Assembly (NCBI GenBank): GCA_009914755.4
Contig: CP086569.2
Location: forward strand, 4,320,001 to 4,384,000
Reading direction: 5' to 3'
DNA from: the human T2T-CHM13v2.0 reference genome, Homo sapiens
DNA: 64,000 nucleotides
The notes under the pieces were generated by a model. That model was given only the letters and a program-made list of their open reading frames with translations. It was not told the DNA's origin and ran no database searches. Below, piece after piece: positions 56,286 to 64,000 of this stretch. The translations under genes were made by a program, and so were the position numbers. Within the stretch, counting starts at the first letter, position 1. Every line of letters starts with the position of its first letter.

Positions 56286-57039
56286 CATCATTACTGTGAA
56301 AAGAAGATGAGATATATGAGAAAGAGAGAAAGCTTGGCAAATAAAAAGTTATTCAGTGGATGGCTCTTCAAAGCTGAAGGGACGTGTAAATGAGTAAAAA
56401 AAAAAGCTGAAAATGTATTAAAATGAAGATAAATGAGGAACAAAATCAAGAAGATAAAACATGGGTAACTTATAAAAGGGCCTTAAAGCTAAAAACTGTT
56501 AATGTCTTTATCAAGAAATTGGGATGTTGTTCTCAGGGTATTTAATTATAGACTTGAGCAAATCACTTTTCCTCTCTAGGTTTTCTTATTCGTAAAGTAA
56601 GGGAAATAAACTTCTCTTTATCTTAAAGGAAGTTCTCCTCTGATCTTAAATTCTAAATTAAATCTGATACAAGTATTGGTGGTTAGGCAGTTGAGAATTT
56701 TAAGAAAATGAGGAAAACCGTTCGAACAGTTCACAGAAATGAAAAGACATTTAGGCTAAAGAGCATGTGAAGTGAACTCAAACTGCTGACAGTGTTTTTG
56801 TTGTTGATACGTAAAGTCAGATCAGGGATGAACTGTGATGTTGGAGATAGCACCAGTAAAGAAACCCCTTTTTAACATATGTCGAAATACGGGTGGAAAA
56901 AGAGACCAAAAGAAGAGTGGGAAGTAACTGTACATTTATTTTTTCAAAACAATTTAAAGAAGCAAAGAAGCAAATTACCCAGCTAAGCCCTGTAACTGAA
57001 AGCCTCTTTCAGGGATAGTTTTTTGCCCTTCGATATCGG

Positions 57040-57530
57040 CCCATCAACACTTAACACACAGTGCCTGATACAGAAATGTCACCTAGTAACTGATAATAAG
57101 AAGTTAAAAATATATATTGTGTCACCCAAAACGCCTTCTCTTGCTTCCTACGTCCACTTAAGTCTGTTTCACCTCTGCATTCCTACTCTTCCTTCCCTGA
57201 GACAGACTTTCTCTTGCAAGAACTTTCAAAGTAGTTGTCTCTCAGATACATCTTTCCTCTGATCTGTCTTTCAAAATGAGGTTTAAATCACCTTTCTGAA
57301 ACCCATATCTAATCTTGTCACTTTAGCAATGGTTATTTACAAGATGAAGTCCAAATTTCTTATTATGGTGTCACAATTTATCTCAATACCCTTTTCAGCC
57401 TTACATTGAACCTTTTCCTCCTCCCCCTACTCATTTCTCACACATCATAGTTGCTGCCTGCCTAGTCTTCTCCAGTGCCTAGCACTGAGTAGCCAGAATA
57501 AGTGCTCAGTTTATTTTCTATGGGAGTAAT
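57040..57530. mobile_element. Ancient MIR/L2-like relic
   Basis: ..GAAATGTCACCTAG.. and the 3' motif ..CCAGTGCCTAGCACTGAGTAGCCAGAATAAGTGCTCAGTTTATTTTC.. resemble the MIR-type AGTGCCTGGCACATAGTAGGTGCTCAATAAATATTTGTTGA ending. Confidence 0.3.
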
Positions 57531-60500
57531 TAACTTAAACTCTTTATGTATACGTCTATATTATAAAAATCTTTCACATTTTTGCTGAGCATTCCAGAGG
57601 GGAAACCATGAGTACGTCTCTCCACATTTTGTTATTGAAAAGCGCCAAAATTTTGCATATAGAACACACGCATCTATCATTGCTTCATCTAACAGGTTAA
57701 AATGGCTTTAAAATTATTCATTTATATTGATGTTACCTTTGGAAATTTTATTGGAAAATTTACTCTGCAAGGCAAAAGACTGAATGATTTTATGATAATC
57801 AACATACTTCCCAAGCACATTGCTCACTCGGATGTCTAATTAAGGAGTTTTAGCCTAAAACTGTAAATACTCTAGGAAATTAATTTATTATTATTTTTTA
57901 TTTATAAACAACTGCAATTTCAAAGTGGCAAACTAAAAATCTAGAAAAAAAAAGCGAAAATATTTGACACGGAAATTTCGTCCAAAAAATCCAAAACAAT
58001 TCATAAAAAAATATTTTCCTAAGAAAGAAGCACTTGGAACCCAATCAAAGTTTCAGGTGCTTATTTGTGATAGATGTTTTTCTGATATCTACCAACTGTA
58101 ATCATAGGGACTTGTTCCTGAAAAAAACAAAACAAAACAAAAACAACAACAACGAAAACAGAGAAGTAAGCTAAAAGCCTAAATTGTAGGTGTGTTCTAA
58201 CCACTATTAACAGCCATTTCCTCATATTTGAAACTTCACTATATACATTAAATGAATGTGCTCTTGATTAAACCTATCAAAAGCTGTTTTTCCTGGATAT
58301 TCTTCAAACTTTAAATTAAGGTAACTACAGGGAAACTTAAACGATGAACACAACTGGGAAAATTATTTTAGGAAGCTAAATCTAACCCCAAAGAATCTTG
58401 ATATAAAGGTAATGTTTTATCTTTTTGAAATGTTAACTCAATCAAATATTGCTTCCTACATGTTGAGGGTTTTACTGTCAACTGTATGAGTAAATAAACA
58501 CTTGATGATGGTTTGGCTAACTTTTAGGTAACACATTGTTTCATAAAATCCATGCAAATTTAAATAAAATCAAATTTGTAAAGACAACAATCATACATTT
58601 GTTAGGATTTGAATTTGATCAAAGGGGACATTAAGGCTTTTAGACAGAAATACAGCAATTAAACTTACAGCCATGTTATGTTCTCTCTTACAAATCTAAA
58701 ATGTGGGTTCAAAAACCTTTCTTTAACAGGCATCCTTAGAGACTGTAATCCAATTTGGAATGAGAATACAAAAAAAAAAAAACACACACAAAAAAAACCT
58801 AAGAAATGACTGGCATTTTTACGTCGATGAATACGTGAAAATGTATATACTCCTACTGTTCATAAATCTTGATGCTGCAAACACTTTATTCTTTGTTCCT
58901 GCAGGATACATTTATCAGCTTCATAAGTCTGCTTTCCATTTCATAACTTAAACAAGAAAAAAATTTTAGATAGTTTTCAAAATATTCTCCACATTTTCCA
59001 TTTATTCTCTACGTTGGGTAGATGTATGTGCAGTTGTTGCTATTTGGCCTCACCACATTTGTTTCTATTCCATTTTATCTGTCCAGATTTCCAACAACGT
59101 AATATTTCATGTTTTTGTCACTCGTATGTAATATGAAGTATCCTTCTGCAGACAGGGTTAAGTTAATAGCTTTAAAAGCAAACATAAATGTTTGTTTTTC
59201 TAGACCTACAGAGGGTACTGCTAACAGGATCTCAAGGTTTGGTGACAACCTAAAATTCTTTACACAGTGGCCCATCTCGTAGCTTGCAGTAGCCATTATT
59301 CAAAAGTGGCATCCCAATGAAACACACCATCTGTTAAGAGCTGGTATAATCCCCTTCAACACTGAAATTGAGCTGGCTATGTGTAACAAATAGAATGTAG
59401 TAAAAGTAACAGTGAGAAACATCCAAGGCTAGGTTATAGTAAACCTTCTAGCTTCTGCATTGATATCTGGCAACATATTACCTGACAGAAGCCAGCCACC
59501 ATGCAAGAATTGACAACTTGAAAGCTCTTTGCAGTAACAAAGCTCAAGCCAGCCATGTGGAGAGTCCGGAGAGGAAGAATAAGATGCCTAGCCAATTCTC
59601 ATGTCTTCCCAACATCCCAACTAAAACGTTAGCCATGTGAGTGAAAAAGTCGCCTTGGACATGCAGTCCAGTCTGACCTTTGGATGCCTCCATCTCCAGT
59701 TATACACTGTACTTCAACTACATGAGAAACTCTAAACAAGAGTCACCCAGCTAAGCCCAGTAAACACACAGAAATAAAGGAAATGACAACAGATAACTAT
59801 TTCATTTCAAGTCACGAAGTCGCATTTTATGCAGCAATTAGATAACTGATACATTAATTTTTGGTTTTGAATCTGAACGTGTAAAGGTAGTTTTTATTCA
59901 CCTTTTTTCACTATAGGATTTTGAGCTTTACAAACAGTTTTCAGTGTAAAATAAGACATGAAATATTAGAAACCTTAACAGAAGGCCATGGATAATGAAG
60001 GAATGACCAGAGGGAATTAGAGAAAAGTGACATAAAAGTCTGATGGGGTCCAAAGGAAAGAGGGATTGAAAGAAGGGAAGTCCACAGGGAATGATTACTA
60101 ACAGATTAGTAACAGGTAGGCATAGCCCTGTAAGTAGCTCATAGAATCTTGAAAGAAGGTCAAACTGTTTAAGAAGTAGGTGAGGTTAGTCTGAAATTTT
60201 CCACTCCAGCTTGACTTTGTATTGGTTGTAAGAAATGACTTGAGCCTAAAGAAAATAATTATTCTACCTGTCTGTGGAATTTTATGTTTGAACAAAAATC
60301 AGATTCTTTTTCAGTAATAAACAAGATTGTCCATTTTTCCCTTTGTATTAATAGCAGAATGAAAAACAAGCAAAAAGCCAAGGAACCTTTCTACTGCAAT
60401 AAGTTCTTATTCCTATTTTACACTGTCTCTAACCTTCTGGCAAAGATGCCACACCATACATTAAATATGTGATAAGAGTTAAACAGTTATTTTATTAAAA

Positions 60501-60719
60501 CTAGAGTTAAAAATCATTGTATTAAAATTATTTACCAATTTAATCCAGTTTCATATCTAGCTTTAGAAAAACAAATTTCAAGAAGAAACTGAAGTGCACA
60601 AAATGTTTGGATTTTTGTTTTGTTTTACTTAAAAAGAAAGAAAGCACAATACATGATTGCTCTATGAGAAAATTAAATGTATCATTTACAATATTAAAAT
60701 TTTAATAAAAACTATTCTT

Positions 60720-64000
<3,281 letters not shown>

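Overview
This window is primate, most likely human, nuclear DNA rather than a prokaryotic or phage locus. The evidence is at least nine Alu SINEs, most with poly(A) tails and target-site duplications, several generations of LINE-1, THE1/MaLR LTR retrotransposons, MIR relics and a mariner DNA transposon. The sequence is AT-rich, and more than half of it is recognisable interspersed repeat. The supplied six-frame ORF track accepts TTG and GTG starts, so it is prokaryote-style and not informative here. Every long ORF falls in a transposon coding remnant, in a repeat read in some frame, or in a GC-rich patch. I found no convincing cellular protein-coding exon, no RNA gene, no CRISPR array and no operon, so I do not claim any novel defence or other biological system. 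Coordinates 3115-23232 consist of three ancient L1M-type elements lying end to end on the + strand. Each has been split by younger insertions (a twin-primed L1 carrying a nested complete THE1, a mariner, several Alus, and a 5'-truncated L1 carrying its own Alu). The second half of the window holds younger L1PA 3' ends and an L1PB/L1MA-type element, all on the - strand. It also holds a near-full-length older L1 on the + strand, with target-site duplications and an internal deletion. It further holds a 300-bp (GGAA)n microsatellite, two GC-rich LTR-like islands, and about 16 kb of unique AT-rich sequence. The unique stretch contains the most unusual non-repeat structure: a pair of ~375-bp inverted repeats, about 90% identical, separated by about 1 kb (34112-35878). 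All family assignments are from memory of consensus sequences, and boundaries are good to roughly +/-10-30 bp.
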